Origin: Prorocentrum cordatum | Lineage: Eukaryota | Length of the DNA stretch: 64,000 nt | Assembly: GCA_963575745.1 (NCBI GenBank) | Contig: CAUYUJ010000232.1 | Location: forward strand, 1 to 64,000 | Direction: 5' to 3' | Shown here: positions 41,820 to 54,360 of the stretch, in pieces | How positions within the stretch are numbered: the first letter of the stretch is position 1 | Layout: each line of letters begins with the position of its first letter | Notes under the pieces: generated by a model | The model's input: only the letters and a program-made list of their open reading frames with translations | Told to the model about the DNA's origin: nothing | The model's database searches: none | Position numbers and translations under genes: made by a program

Positions 41820-42498
41820 GAGGAGGAGGAGGAAGAGGAGGAGGAGGAGGACCAGTGTAAACGCACGACTCATCAAAGATGTCGAAATACACCTCCCTCC
41901 ATGATCCCCCTCACAGGCCCCTACAAGGGGTCATTTCCACCGAGGGAATGGCCACGTTGGGGGGCAATCGTGTGAACATCTTGAGGCGTGCCGGAATAGT
42001 ATTCTCACGACTTCAATGCCACGAGTGAACCTGACTGTTACGTCTTGATGACCCTGATCCATGCCAGAATACCATGTCTGGGGTTTCAACACCGCGAATC
42101 AAAGTAAATGTTGCGCCCTGGCAGCCCCGAATCGTTCCGAAACGCCATTCCTGGAACAGTAACCATGAGAACCAGTACCATTCTTTCACATTTGTATGAC
42201 CAGTCTGCGCGGCGCTATGGCGAGAGCCACCCTTTGGAAAAGGACCCGTCCTCCACCTGTGGAACAATTGCAGATCTTAAGCTTCAGAAGCATAAGTGGT
42301 GAGGACGTCTCAGGCGACACGCCCAGCCCGCCCTTCCGACACGTCAGAGGGGCGCGACGTGGGTGGGGAGTCGTTCATAAAAGGAGAGGGAGGGAGGAGA
42401 AGGAACATGATGATGACGATGACGACGGTGACGGTTCCGATGCCGATGATGATCATGATGATGATGATGTTGCTGCTGCTGATGCTGATGCTGCTGCC

Positions 42499-42535
<37 letters not shown>

Positions 42536-42589
42536 CTGCTGATGCCGATGATGATGATGACGATGATGATGATGATGCTGATGATGATA

Positions 42590-42631
<42 letters not shown>

Positions 42632-42633
42632 CA

Positions 42634-42688
<55 letters not shown>

Positions 42689-42707
42689 CTGATGCTGATG
42701 CTGATGC

Positions 42708-42739
<32 letters not shown>

Positions 42740-44868
42740 GTGTTGCTGACGATGAGGATGATGATGACGACGGCGACAGCGACGACGATTTTGACCATCT
42801 TGCGCGCATGTGATCTAACATTTGCTTTGGCATTCATTCGTTTCTCCCTGTCCCTTGTACCCGCCCAATAATTCTAAGAACCAGCCCCCTTCCAGTGGAA
42901 ATTCTTTTCATACCGGCTGCTGGAAAAGTCCTCAATCTGTGAAACTCTTATAACTTTTTAGACCGAATGTGCGCGGCGCTACAGGGAGGGCCACTATTTG
43001 AAAACGACCCGCCCTCAATCAGTGAAACATTCTGCACATTCGTACAAAGAATATGCGCGGCGCTAAGGCGAGAACCAAATTTTGAGAACAACCCGCCCTC
43101 CATCCTTGAAGCGGTTGGAAGCTGTCAAGATGCATGTGTACGGAGCTAAAGCGAGAGCCGCATTTTGAAAAGGAATCGCTTCATCAGTGAAACTCTAACA
43201 CTTTGTTAGAACGGTTGTGCGCGGCGCTACGGCGAGAGAAACATTTTTGAAAACGACCCGCCCTCAATCTGTGAAGCTCCTGGGGAATGTTTAGCATGAA
43301 TGTGTGCGGCGCTAAGGCGAGAGCCACATTTTGAAAACGCACCGCCCTTAATCCGTGAAGCTCTTGCAAATTTTACAAGCGAGTGTGCGCAGCGCTACGG
43401 TGAGAGCCACACTTTGAAAACGACCCGCCCTCAATCCGTGAAACTCCTGCAATTTTTTGAAACGAATGTGCGCGGCGCCAAGGCGAGAGCCACATCTTGA
43501 AAGGGAGTTGCCCCCAATCTGCGAAACGCTTACAACTTTTGGGACGAGTATGCGCGGCGCTAATGCGAAAGCCACACTTTGAAAACGACCCGTCTTCATC
43601 CCGTGAAACATCTATTACATTAAAAAAAAAACGGATGTACGCGGCGAGGGCCACATTTGGAATTTTGGAAACGGCCTGCCCTCCATATGTGAAGCTGCTG
43701 CCAAGTGTAAAGCGCGGAAGTCTCAGGCCAAACGCCCGGCCCGCCCTTTCGACCGGCCTCGGGGTGCGACAGGGAGGAATCATCTGTAAGGAAAACGAAT
43801 GGAGGAGGAGGAGGAGGAGGAGGAGGAGGAGGAGGAGGAGGAGGAGGAGGAGGAGTAGGAGGAGGAGGAGGAGGAGAAGGAAGAGGAGGGAGGGAGGGGG
43901 GAGGAGGAGGAGGAGGAGGAGGAGGAGGAGGAGGAGGAGGAGAGGAGGAGGAGGAGGGGAGGAGGAGGGAGGAGGAGGAGGAGGAGGAGGAGGAGGAGGA
44001 GGAAGAGGAGGAGGAGGAGGAGGAGGAGGAAGAGGAGGAGGAGGAGGAGGAGGAGGAGGAGGAGGAGGAGTTGGAGGAGGGGGAGGAAAAGGAGGACCAG
44101 AGTAAACCCACGAGCCATCAACGATGTTGGAATACACCCTCCCTCCAGGCTCCTACAACGGTTCATTTCCATTGAGGGAACAGCCTCGTTGGGAGGCAAC
44201 CGTTTGGAGACCCTGAAGCATGCCAAAACATTGCTCTCGGGATTCCAACGCCGCGGATCAACCTGATTGTTGCGTCATGACGCTCTCGGATCGTGCCAGA
44301 ACGCTTTTCTTGGGATTTCAACACCGCGAATCAACGTAACTGTTGCGCCTGCAAAATCAGAATCCTTCCAAAACGCCGTTTCTGGTACGTTGATCACGAG
44401 CATCCGTGAAATTCTTCCAAGTTTTTACGAGCGAATGTGCGCGGCGCGAAGGCGAGAGCGCCACATTCTGAAAAGGAACCGCCCTCAATCCGTAAATCAT
44501 TTGCAATTTTTTAAAACGAATGTGCGCGGCGTTAAGGCGAGAGCCACATTTTGAAATCGGGTGTTCTTCAATGCGTGATGCTCTTGCAATTTGTTAGAAC
44601 GAATGAGCGCGGCGCCGAGGCGAGAGCCACATTTTGGAAACGGGTGGTCCTCAATCCGTGAAGGTCTTGCAGTTTGTTAGGACGAATGTGCGCGGCGCTA
44701 GGGCGGCAGCCACATTTTGAAAATCACCCGCTCTCCATCCGTTAAACTGTTGCCACTTTTAAGTCTCCTGTGAAACGCCCGGCCCGCCCTAAGCACTGGC
44801 CTGCGACAGGGAGAAGTTATTGATCAGGACAAAGGACTGGAGGAGGAGGAGGAGGAGGAGGAGGTGGA
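41820..44868. repeat. Second cluster of the composite head + (83 bp)n + (GGA)n repeat, with a (GAT)n tract at 42405-42790
   Basis: Same head (gaccag.gtaaac at 41850 and 44095), 83-bp subrepeat and gcgacaggga tail as 21520-23310. Confidence 0.88.
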
Positions 44869-45479
44869 GGAACTATTTGGAACTATTTGATCGCGGACCC
44901 CAGTCCGTCAGTCCGCTGGTTCGTCGGACTTGCTGAAACTTCTCAAGAGTCGTCAGGGTGACTTGCAGCACGCTGTGAAAACCACCTCTGACCCCTCTGT
45001 CTGCTGCTGCGGCGGACTGGCTGCTGGTGGGATACACTTGAGCCCGACGCCTCTGAAACTCCGCCCCCCTGGACCACCCGCTCCTCAAAACGGGGGCCAC
45101 TCGCCGCCCTCAATGAGCGCTGGGCTATGGCCTGCACCCGCCGATCCTCGACCTCCTGGCGCAGAGCCTGTCTCCCTCGCCAGCCCTTGCCGGCGCCGGT
45201 GACCACATGGGGGCTCGGCGGGGGGGCCGCCTGGCTGGCCACTGCTCTCTCCTCCGTTCCCGTCCGACGACTCCAGACGACGGCCTCCCCGGGCAGCCAT
45301 GGCCAGACCGATGGCCCTCCCCCTCCCCCTCCCCCTCCTCCTCCGCCTCCCCCTGCCCCTCCCCCTCCCCCTCCTCCTCCTCCTCCTCCTCCTCCTCCTC
45401 CTCCTCCTCCTCCTCTCCTCCTCCTCCTCCTCCTCCTCCTCCTCCTCCTCCTCCTCCTCCTCCTCCTCCTGGGTGGCCC

Positions 45480-48400
45480 CTCCCGCCGAGGAAGCGAATT
45501 CTGCTGGATGCGCCGCGGGTTCTCGACTCCGTTCGGAGTGAGCCCGGGGCAGCTCCTCCTGAGGAAGCGTGCATCGACGGTAGCATGCATGCCGCAGGCC
45601 GTGCAACTGTGCAGAGACCACTGCGCGACCAGCGTGGTCGAGCGCGACGGGTGGATTTCCAGTGGGGCCCCCGAAGCCGAAACAAGTTCCCTCGGTCCCT
45701 GGGATCTGGCACCTGGGGGGCCCTCGCAAGGGGTGGCCGCGAACAGAAAAGAACTTGGAACTCGGGACCACCATCTCACACTTAGAGCACCACCATTTGC
45801 GTTCAGTTCTGCCGAGTTGGTGAGAGGAGTCCCTGACCGTACGCTCTAGCTTAGACAACTTCTTCACAGGGGGTTGGGCGGCTGGATCGTTCTCCCGTCT
45901 CAGACGAGGCGGCCAACGTCAGCGCCCTACGTGCTCTCTTGCGCACCATTAGCGCAATGGAATCGATCCGATCCGTGTCAGGCGCCGTACCCACCAACCC
46001 CTCCTCCACGCCAGCTCCTCCCCAACTCCCGCCCGCGTATCAGCGACGAGGTTCCCTGCCGCAAGGAACAGCTGCTCGGGTGAGTTGAGGTCTTCTGGCC
46101 TCTCATCCAAGTGGGAAGGGGTCCAGATGACCTCTTATCTCCTTGCACAGGCGGTTGCTCCAGGCGTCTCTGGCGCGTGCCCAAAGGTCCTCATTGGATC
46201 CCGTGGCCCTGGCGTACTCCAAACGTGCTCTCCAGGTTCTCGCGACCGTGCGATAGTCGGTGACAAACGCAACACTTGAGCGAAGTTGCTCGAGCGCGAG
46301 CACAAACTATATAATCTCAGCTCTAGGTGCAGTTTGCCTGGGGCCAAGGGGAGGGGCGGCTGGGGCAGCGCCCGCTCAGGGTCTCCTTTGCTTCTCTGCG
46401 TCTGTGGCACATCCTGCTGGGTATCAGGTATCCGCCGTCCGCTGCCCTGGTCTTGTTCCACTGCCCGCCTGCCACCGCAGCCATATTTAGTCCGATCTTA
46501 TCCAGCGGACCTTTCTCCTCGAAGCGTTTGTGCTCAGCTCGGATCTGCAAAACGTCAGCTCCACGGTGTAGTCCGACTCCTTCAGGATGCTGAGCTGCTT
46601 TCGCCGGCAACTGTTTGGAAGTATCCTCCGCGAAATCGTCGATGAGCGGCTGGAAGCAGCCGTTAGCTTCGAAGGTCCCGTCCAGCGACGAGGGGGCGTC
46701 CCATTGTTCCGCCGTGTTTTCGTTATCTCCGACGGCTCGGGACCACCTCGTCGCCGTCGGCGCATGCCGGCCCGCGTCCAACTGTGTCGCCTGCGCTGCT
46801 CCATCTTTGAGGTCCCAGTCCAACCGATCTCCTTCTTATGTGGGGCCATGCTTTCAGGGCTCTGTGGTGAATCTCTGGAAAGCGTTGCCAAAGGTTGATC
46901 CATCCCTTGATGATTGCCGTCCATGGCTGGATCTCCTTTCCACATCTCCACCGCCAGCGTCGTGGTAAGCCATCGCCCTCTAGCCATGCCTCCAGCTACT
47001 TGCCCTGCTTGTCGGCGTAGTCGCTGAAGTTCGTGAACCGCCATGCCGAAAGCCTGGTGTCCGTAGACTGTCCGCGGTATGGCTTCCGTTGTCCATCATC
47101 CTTCACTTTCTCGTGCCAGTGCTGCAACTCGGCGCAATCCGATCATTTTGGCGAACCTCTTCTTGGCCTTCTGCCGACGAAGGCCCGCTCTCGCCGTTAT
47201 CCGCTCGCGTCCTGCCGAGGTGTCCATGCCCGAGTCCACCGCCACCGTAGCAGCCTGGATGGGGGTCCCTTTACTGCGCAACTCCTCCGCGGTCCTCCCG
47301 ACATCCCTGGGGTGGGGGCCCGAGAGCACCGACTGGCTGGATGCCGTCATCCTCTGCTGCCCGAGGCCGTCCGTGGTGAGAGAGGTGACCTCCTTGATAG
47401 CATCGCTCGCTCGGGATCTGGAGCCCTCCACCCTCGCGGCAGTGTCGCCCACGACAGTCCACGAAGACGAGGTGGGAGCTCGACGGTGTGCTCGGTCCAA
47501 CACGGGGCGGAGACACGACTGTGTCAACCCCGCCCCACGTGCAGAGCCCGCCACCAGCGATCTGGTAGGCCAGATGGCCTCGCTCCTGCAGGAACCTCGG
47601 CCCGATGAAGGCCGCCACTTCTAGGGCCACCACGACCGATGGGAAGCCCACCTTGACTGCAATGCGCATCAGGATGATGAGCGAGACCGTGTCATAGCGT
47701 TTATCGATGTCCAATGATAATGTCATGGCTGATGCTCCCAGCTCCGCCCCCACCTCGTCCAGGCATGCCCTCGACAGGGCCGCTCTGAGGGCGGAGCTGC
47801 CCTTGAGCGTCGTGTCCCAGTGTGCCTCCAGTCCAGCGCTCCAACGATCGCAGTATCCTCCTCTCGCTCTCGACCACAGCTTGATCGGAAGCGTCAACAT
47901 ACCAAGAACACGGTCTCCTCCTTTGGGTTTGGCTGCCAGTGCACACTTTGTGGCTGCCAGTTGCCTCGGCCAAGTAATCTCCTGCTCACAATATTGTGAT
48001 AATTGAAGAAGCCATACTCGAGCCTCCTTCGGCGCCCTCTTGATATCTTGCGGTCCCAACTGGTCGACTCCTTTCGCCTTCGAGGCGGACGATGATCTGA
48101 TAGCGCCGTCGAGGTCTTCGAGCGTGAGCTGCTCCATGTCTTCCTCCCCTGCCTTGGCCCTCATCAGGTTGAGCTGCTCTGCGATGTCCTGCTTGGTGTC
48201 CACTGGGTCCGTCCATCTATGCTTCCAATCCGACTTCTTGATTGATATCATAACATGTGGGTCTGCCATGCCCTTGCAAGTGTCAGTAACCATCTCAAGC
48301 CTGGGGCACTGCTGCTCTTTTTTAACGTGCCGGTGCAAGAGTCCGACTTTGCCTTTCCACGCAGTTTTGGCCCATTTGGTGAAGCTCCTCCTCTGGTTGG

Positions 48401-49940
48401 TGAAGCTTCTCGCCATAGCCGTCGCTAAGTGTCCTTCTTACTGGTTGACTAAATTCTGGATTTGGCCGACGCCCAGATCCCTTAGGTCTCCCAGCATCTC
48501 GTAGTCGTTGTTGCGTGCTTCTTGCCCGTGCTTTCTGCCGGAAAGCTGGTCTTGCTCCAGCTGCTGGAGCGCTTTCATCTGCCCGAGCGAGTCCGTCAGG
48601 CGCTTGGCTTGCTGGCCAGGATCCGTGTCATTGGAGCGGAGGGCAAGGTACCTGATCAGTATCGCGTTCATGATGCCCCAGTGCTCCGCCATATTGAGCT
48701 TCATGCGGGCACGCCCTGGCGTGGATCGGGCCTTGACCCACCTGGTCTCGAAGCCAGCAGCCCTGCCTCTGTAATGTTCTGCTTCATCTGCTTTGATGCC
48801 GTCCGTGATGATGGCCGCCGCCTCCAACCTCGTGACCCACTCTCCGTAGATCCTGGTGGCTGTCTCCGTAGATCCTGGTGGCTGTCTTTTCTGCTAGCTC
48901 ATGTCGGTGGTCTTGAATGATGAGGTCTGTGTCCCAGGCCTTCATCAGATGTCTCAGAAGGACTCCAGTCCGCTGCCATCCCCTCCTGCCACGTGTGGCT
49001 CGTGATACTGAACTGCTTAGCCGTGGTGCTCACCACCGTCTCCTCTGGCATATCCTGCTCCTGGAACGCCTCCTACAAGTGTGTCTCCAGGCGCTCTTTG
49101 GCACGTTGCCGTTCTTCTCGTCTTTTCTTTGTGCGCTTGCTCTCTGGGTCGGGTGCCTTCTTTGGCTTCGGCGGGGTGGCGAGCCCTTAGGGATGATCAA
49201 CTTCCTGTGCCACCATGTGCTGGATGCGCCTTCGATGGATAAGGTGAGCCCGCAGTGTGTTCCCCACGGCGCCGTCCTGACCGCTTCGAGCTTGACATGT
49301 CAACACAATCCGTCCTTGCAACTCCGAAATCTATCAGACTACCCCTCCCCTTCACACACGTGGCTTCCACATCTGGCCTGACAAGGGAGCCTCCGATCTG
49401 CTGCAAGAAGCCTGTGGTCTGAAACTCTGTGAACGGGATGTTTCAATCTGCTAATATCACTCATGGGTCCGCAAGCGCTCGCACGAACCCCGCTAGTGAT
49501 CGGACGCGTTCGCAGTTCACTCCATTCATGCCTGCACCTGGGAGTCATTATGCTGCAATCAATATCACGTTGCCAGCACGAGTGTGTAAGTTGACTGCTG
49601 TGAAACCGAGTAAGGGGTCCTTACCTCCCCGTCTGGGATGATGCGCTCTCGCAGCGTGTCGTGCGTAGTGCGCGCCACGTGGGATTTGACCAACATGAGC
49701 TCTCCGCCTGAATTCCCTCGATCAGACCGACCGTTTGGTGTCGCTGGGATACCTGTGAATTTTCAGCCGTCTTTCGCCACGTCACGTCCACTTTGGTCTG
49801 GCCGAGGGTGTCGCTGTCTACGTGCGTCTCGCACATCATGATCACGTCCATGTCTCTGCCCTGCTCGTTGATACACTTGTGGGTTTTGCTGCCCCACTGC
49901 GTGATGCTCGGGCAGAAGATCTTGCTAAAGAGGAGGATGG
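45480..49940 (-). pseudogene. LINE ORF2 (APE endonuclease, RT, partial RNase H), with multiple frameshifts and stops
   Basis: APE: IFCPSITQWGSK..DVIMMCETHV, GGELMLVK, GSLIDFGV, PWGTHCGL. RT: KAKGVDQ, KPKGGDRVLG, LDIDKRYDTV, AGSARG, WTVVGDT (decayed xxDD). RNase H: PRQTAPRAE, FVTDY, NEDLW, GNLVAD. C-terminal WWCSKC and SCTACG. Confidence 0.88.
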
Positions 49941-49959
49941 TCATCGCCAGCCGCAGGAG

Positions 49960-50928
49960 TGGAGGGGCCTTTCCCTCGAGTCTGACCTTGACCTTCGCTT
50001 CCTCCTTGAGCCTGTCGAGCCTGTCCTTCTTCTGCTGCACTTCCTCGGCTGATGGTGGGGCGACGTCAGCAGGCGCTGGTGCCTCCTGAGCCACTGGCGT
50101 CGCTGGCCCTGGGGCGACCGAAGCGTCCTCCGCCGCCTTCCGCTTCTCGGCCTTGTGGGGCGCGTGGATCGCATCCGCAGCCCTCTTCGCCTCGGTGAAC
50201 GCCCTGCACTGGTTCTGGGCGTTGTCGAGCAGGGTCGCGAGTGATTCCATCTTCTTCTGAAGCTGCCGTAGGCGCCCGCGGTCCCCCTTCGTGTGGTCCT
50301 CGAGGGGTTGGCGAACAGCTCCGAGTCCACTGGCGGCGCCTTCCGCGTGGTGTCTTCTTCTGGAGGTGCCGCATGGAGAGTCGAGTCATGGCAGGCTCGA
50401 CGTGCTGCCTCGTTCTCCTCCTCTGCGTCACCTGCCCCCTCCAGGCCCTATCGTGCTTACCCTGCGCCCTCTTGAGCCCGTTCGCTGCCCCGATGAGCTG
50501 GGCCGCCGCCTTGCCGAGCGCTGCCTTTGACGTGTCCAGCTTGTGGATCGCCGTGCGGAGCGCGGCCGACTTGGACGCCTCCGCGGGCTTCGGGTCCTTG
50601 GCCGCGAGCTGGGCCTGGAGAGCCTGCAGCGGGCCCAGGTCCACGTTCGTCTTGGCGAAGGCGCCCTTGCCCGATTGGACCTTATCAGGGATCTGCTGGA
50701 TCCCATCGGCGGGCGCGAGTGCAGGTGGGCTTCTGCCCCACGGGGGTGTCGCACCTCGCTGGCTCCCTCCCGAAGCCTGTGCCCCCGAGTCGTTCCAGCC
50801 CGTGATGCGGTCCTCACACTTGTTGCGCCAGCCTCCTGACTTTTCCAGCTTCCAGTTGTAGACCCATCCTCTGCAAGTCCCGCACACCGTGTACTACTGC
50901 CTCTGTGGTTTTCCCATGGTGGCGCCAT
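49960..50928 (-). pseudogene. LINE ORF1-like protein, frameshifted
   Basis: ATG at 50928 (MAPPWENH), ~170 nt after the SL. N-terminal CGTC..NKC zinc-finger-like motif, then Ala/Lys/Glu-rich coiled-coil-like sequence directly upstream of the APE domain. Confidence 0.65.
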
Positions 50929-51100
50929 CTCTGGAAGTGCGCTTGCTCCAGCAGGAGCTCACAAAACCGAACGCCAGGATGCGGCTGCCCACCCGCGGGC
51001 GCGGGAGGCAGCAGCAACTGGGGCGCACCAGCTGCTGAGAAATTTTGTGGTCGAGCCGCGGACTAGCGGTATCCACGTGGTTCGTTGTGAACGTCAAAAC

Positions 51101-51137
51101 CTTGAGCCAAAATGGCTTGAGCCAAAATGGCTACGGA
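51101..51137 (-). other. Complete 22-nt dinoflagellate spliced leader plus tandem 15-nt relict SL
   Basis: The reverse complement of 51116-51137 is TCCGTAGCCATTTTGGCTCAAG (exact DCCGTAGCCATTTTGGCTCAAG). The reverse complement of 51101-51115 is CCATTTTGGCTCAAG. Confidence 0.97.
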
Positions 51138-51249
51138 GGAGGAGGATGAGGAGGAGGACGAGGAGGAGGAGGAGGATGAGGAGGAGGAGGAGCAGGAGGA
51201 GGAGGAACAAGAACAGGAAGAGACCTGTGTCAGGCGCCCATATAGTCAA

Positions 51250-54200
51250 ATTTCGAATGGCCTTCGGCGCATCCGCCACCGTGCGTGGGCTGTGGGTGAG
51301 GGGCCACTCGGATGGCTGATGGGGTCTCGTGGCAGGCAGTTGTTGGGCCTCTTGGGGGCCTCCTGGGGGCCTCCGTTGCCTTGGGGACATTTTGGGGCCT
51401 TTGGGGGATTTCTTGGGGACTTCACAGGGCCGAGGACTGGGAATGTCCGTTCGGGTTTCCCCTCTGGGCCCCCTCTCGGGGCAGTCGTGGGACCGCCTTT
51501 AGTTGCCTTGGGGGCCCATGGGCCGTTTTGGTGCCTTCTTTGGCCGCCTTGGGGCCCTCTTGGGAGCCTCTTTGTCCATCTTGGGGCCGACTTCGGGGGC
51601 GTCTTGGGCCGTCTTCGACGCTGCTAGGAGCACAGCGGGTGATATGCAAGCTACCGAGACGGGAACGCAGACGTTTTCCTAATGTATCGGCTCTGAGAAG
51701 CCAGGCTACCTTGTGCAACCTTGACGGCGGTCTGGGCCTTTTTGGATGTCATTTTGGGCCATCCTGGGGCGTCTCAAGGCGTCTGGTGTTTTTCGTTGGG
51801 AGTCTTTTTGGTAGCATCTTGGCGCCATCCTGTGCCGTCTTGCAGCATCTCCGCATGTGGCAAGCTGGGCCCAAGTTCTCGACTGCGCACGCCACCTCGA
51901 ACCAGGTCGGCTTGAGCCTAAGCCTATCGAAGACGCCTACGGCGAATCACCGCCGCCCCCTGCCTTTTTGGGAGCGCCTATGTGGCCGAACGTTGAGGCC
52001 AGACCTGCCAAGCTATCGGACCATGTGTTCCCCGAATCGGTTTGGAACGCCTTCTGGGAACACGTGGGCATCTTGAAACTCATCTTGGCCGCCTGGAGGT
52101 CATTTTGACCCTTTCGGGCCTTCTTGGAGGACGTCTTGGAGGGCTCCTGGGCTGTCTTGGCGTCTTGGAGGCCTCTTGGGCCGTCGTGGGGGCCTCTTGG
52201 GGCCGTCTTGGGCCTCTTGGGCGATCTGTTGGGGCACTTGGGCCGTCTCGGGCCGTCGGAAGACCGAAAACAAGTAAATGCCACAATTGAACAACTCATG
52301 GGAAATCTATGATTTTGGCATTTTCGGGTTTTCCTGGAGGCCCTCTTGGAGGCCTCTTGGGCCGTCGTGGGCCATCTTAGTGCCATCTTCGGTCGTCTTG
52401 GTAGGCCCCTGGTCCGTCCGACGCCGTCGGAAGCCGTTTGGGGGGCCTCTCTGAGCCGACTCGGGGCCCTCTTGGAATGCTCCAGGGCCGTCTTGGAGGC
52501 CATCTGGGGCGTCTTAAGGCCTCTCGGGGCCGTCTTGGGGGCCTCTTGGGGCCGTCTTGGGGGTCTCTTGAGCCGTTCTGGGGCCATCTTGGAGGCCTCT
52601 TGGGCGATCTTTGAGCGATCTTTGGGGGCTCTTGGGCCGTATCGGGCCGTCGGAAGGCCGAAACGAAGCAAGTGTCAGAATCCTTCGAAAACGCAGGGAA
52701 AATAACGGAATTTTGCCTTTTCTGGCCTTTCTGGAGGCCTTCTTGGAGGCCTCTGGGGCCGTCTTGGGCCAGCTTCGAGCCAACTTCGGCCATCTTGGTG
52801 GGCTCCTGGCCCGTCTGACGCCGTCGGAAGCTGTTTGGGGGGCCTTTCTGGGCCGACTTGGGGCCCTCTTGGGGTGCTCCAGGGCCGTCTTGGAGGCCAG
52901 CTTGGGCGTCTTGGAGGCCTCTTGGGTCGTCTTTGTGCCCTCTTGGGATCGTCTTGGGGGCCTCTTGGGCAGTCCTGAGGCCATCTTGGAGGCCTCTTGG
53001 GCGCTGTGGGGGCGATCTTGGGGGCCTCTTGGGCCGTCTTGGATCGTCGGAAAGCCGAGAAGAAGCGAATGCCAAAATCCTTCAAAAACCTTTGGAAACT
53101 CAATGATTTTGGCCTCTTCGGGCCCTCCTGGAGGACCTCTTGGAGGCCTCTTGGGCCGTCTTGGAGGCCTCTGGGGGGGCCTCTTGGGCCGTCTTGGACC
53201 GTCTAGGACTCTCTTGGGCCGTCTTGGAAGCTGTCTTGGACCATCTTGGGCGGACTTGGAGGCCATCTTGGACCATCTTGGAGTCCATCTTGGGCCAATG
53301 TGGCCATCTTGGAGGCCATCTGGAGCTGTCTTGGAGGAACAATTGGGAGAATTGAGCTCCCGGGCAATCCTCCCGGGACCCCAGCGGGACGGGCCGAAGC
53401 TCCAGGGGGAGTTCTTTTGGAAAAAGAACCAAAACCAAAACCATATCGTCCGGCACGCCAGGCACCACTTTGATAAATCAAAAGGGGGCGGCGGATTTAG
53501 TGGCTTTCGGCCCATCCCGACACCGTGCCTAGGTTGTGGGTATGAAGCCTGTTGGATGTTTGTTGGGATCTCGTGGGAGACCTCTCGGGGGCCTCTGGAG
53601 GCAGTTTGGACGCCTCTTGGGGGCTTTTTGGGGGCCTCTTGGGGCCTCTCTTGGGCCGCTCGGGGGCCTCTTGGGGGTCTTTTGGGGGCCTCTTGGAGCC
53701 TCCTGGGCGCCTCTTGGGGGGCCTCCTGGGGACATCTCGGGGCGGAAGGCTTGGATTTTCGGTTCGTGCTCCCTCTTTTGGGCCCCGTTTGGGGCCGCCG
53801 TCTTGGGGCCCTCTTGGGCCGATTTGGGCGCCTCTTGGGCCGTCTTGGGGCCCTCTTGGGCCGTTTGGGGGCCCGCTGGCGGCCTCCTGGGCCGTCTTGG
53901 GGCGGTCTTGGGGGCCTTTGGGGCCGTCTGGGAGCGTCGGGAAGCCGAAAAGGTGAGAGCGCCAAAATCCTTCAAGCACCGGAGGGAGACCAATGAATTG
54001 GGGCCTCTTGGGGCCCTCTTGGGAGACTTCTTGGAGGCCTCTTTGGGCATCTTGGAGGCCTCTTGGACCGTCTAGTGGCCATCTTGAGCGTCTTGGAGCG
54101 ATCGTTCGGCCACTCGGGGCCCTCTTGGTCAGTCTTGGGGGCTTCTTGAGGCCCTCTTGGCCCGTCTTGGGGCCCTCTGTGGGCCCGATGCATTCATGCG

Positions 54201-54360
54201 ACAGCACTGCCAGAGCCCAGGGGGCACGCGCCAGACCTCGGGAGACTCGAGAGCGTGCGGTCTGGATCCCTAACGGAATCCGCAGGAGTGAGGCTCAGAG
54301 GCTTGGGCAGAGGACCCGAGGACACGCCCGCTCCGTGCCCAGCGGCACGGTGGCGGATAA
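51250..54360 (-). mobile_element. Cluster of nested or adjacent Helentron-like elements (F, G, E) filled with ggcctcttgg / ggccgtcttgg repeats
   Basis: Inverted pairs: atccgccaccgtgc 51271-51284 / 54345-54358; ccgccgccccct 51950-51961 / 53483-53494; caccgtgcc 53521-53529 / 54344-54352. Each left end is preceded by a short stem-loop. Confidence 0.6.

Larger units (their letters stand above)
44869..51137 (-). mobile_element. Apparently full-length but degenerate non-LTR retrotransposon (ORF1 + APE-RT-RNase H) with a spliced-leader 5' end
   Basis: Minus-strand order: DinoSL, relict SL, 5' UTR, ORF1, APE, RT, zinc knuckle, RNase H, Cys-rich C-terminus, 3' region, (aaatagttcc)x2 tail. GGA tracts on both sides. 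The 3' boundary is inferred. Confidence 0.88.

Noticed and set aside
48841..48884. 22-bp tandem duplication (and a 30-bp-period one at 55109-55163)
   Set aside because: Ordinary local duplications with no evidence of function.
51060..51137. SL RNA gene (the relict is followed by GT on the minus strand)
   Set aside because: The full SL is followed by a relict SL rather than an intron, and the sequence leads into LINE ORF1. No SL gene array or 5S context is visible.
52377..54207. 400-480-aa ORFs on both strands
   Set aside because: Products of GC-rich ggcctcttgg repeats that lack stop codons.
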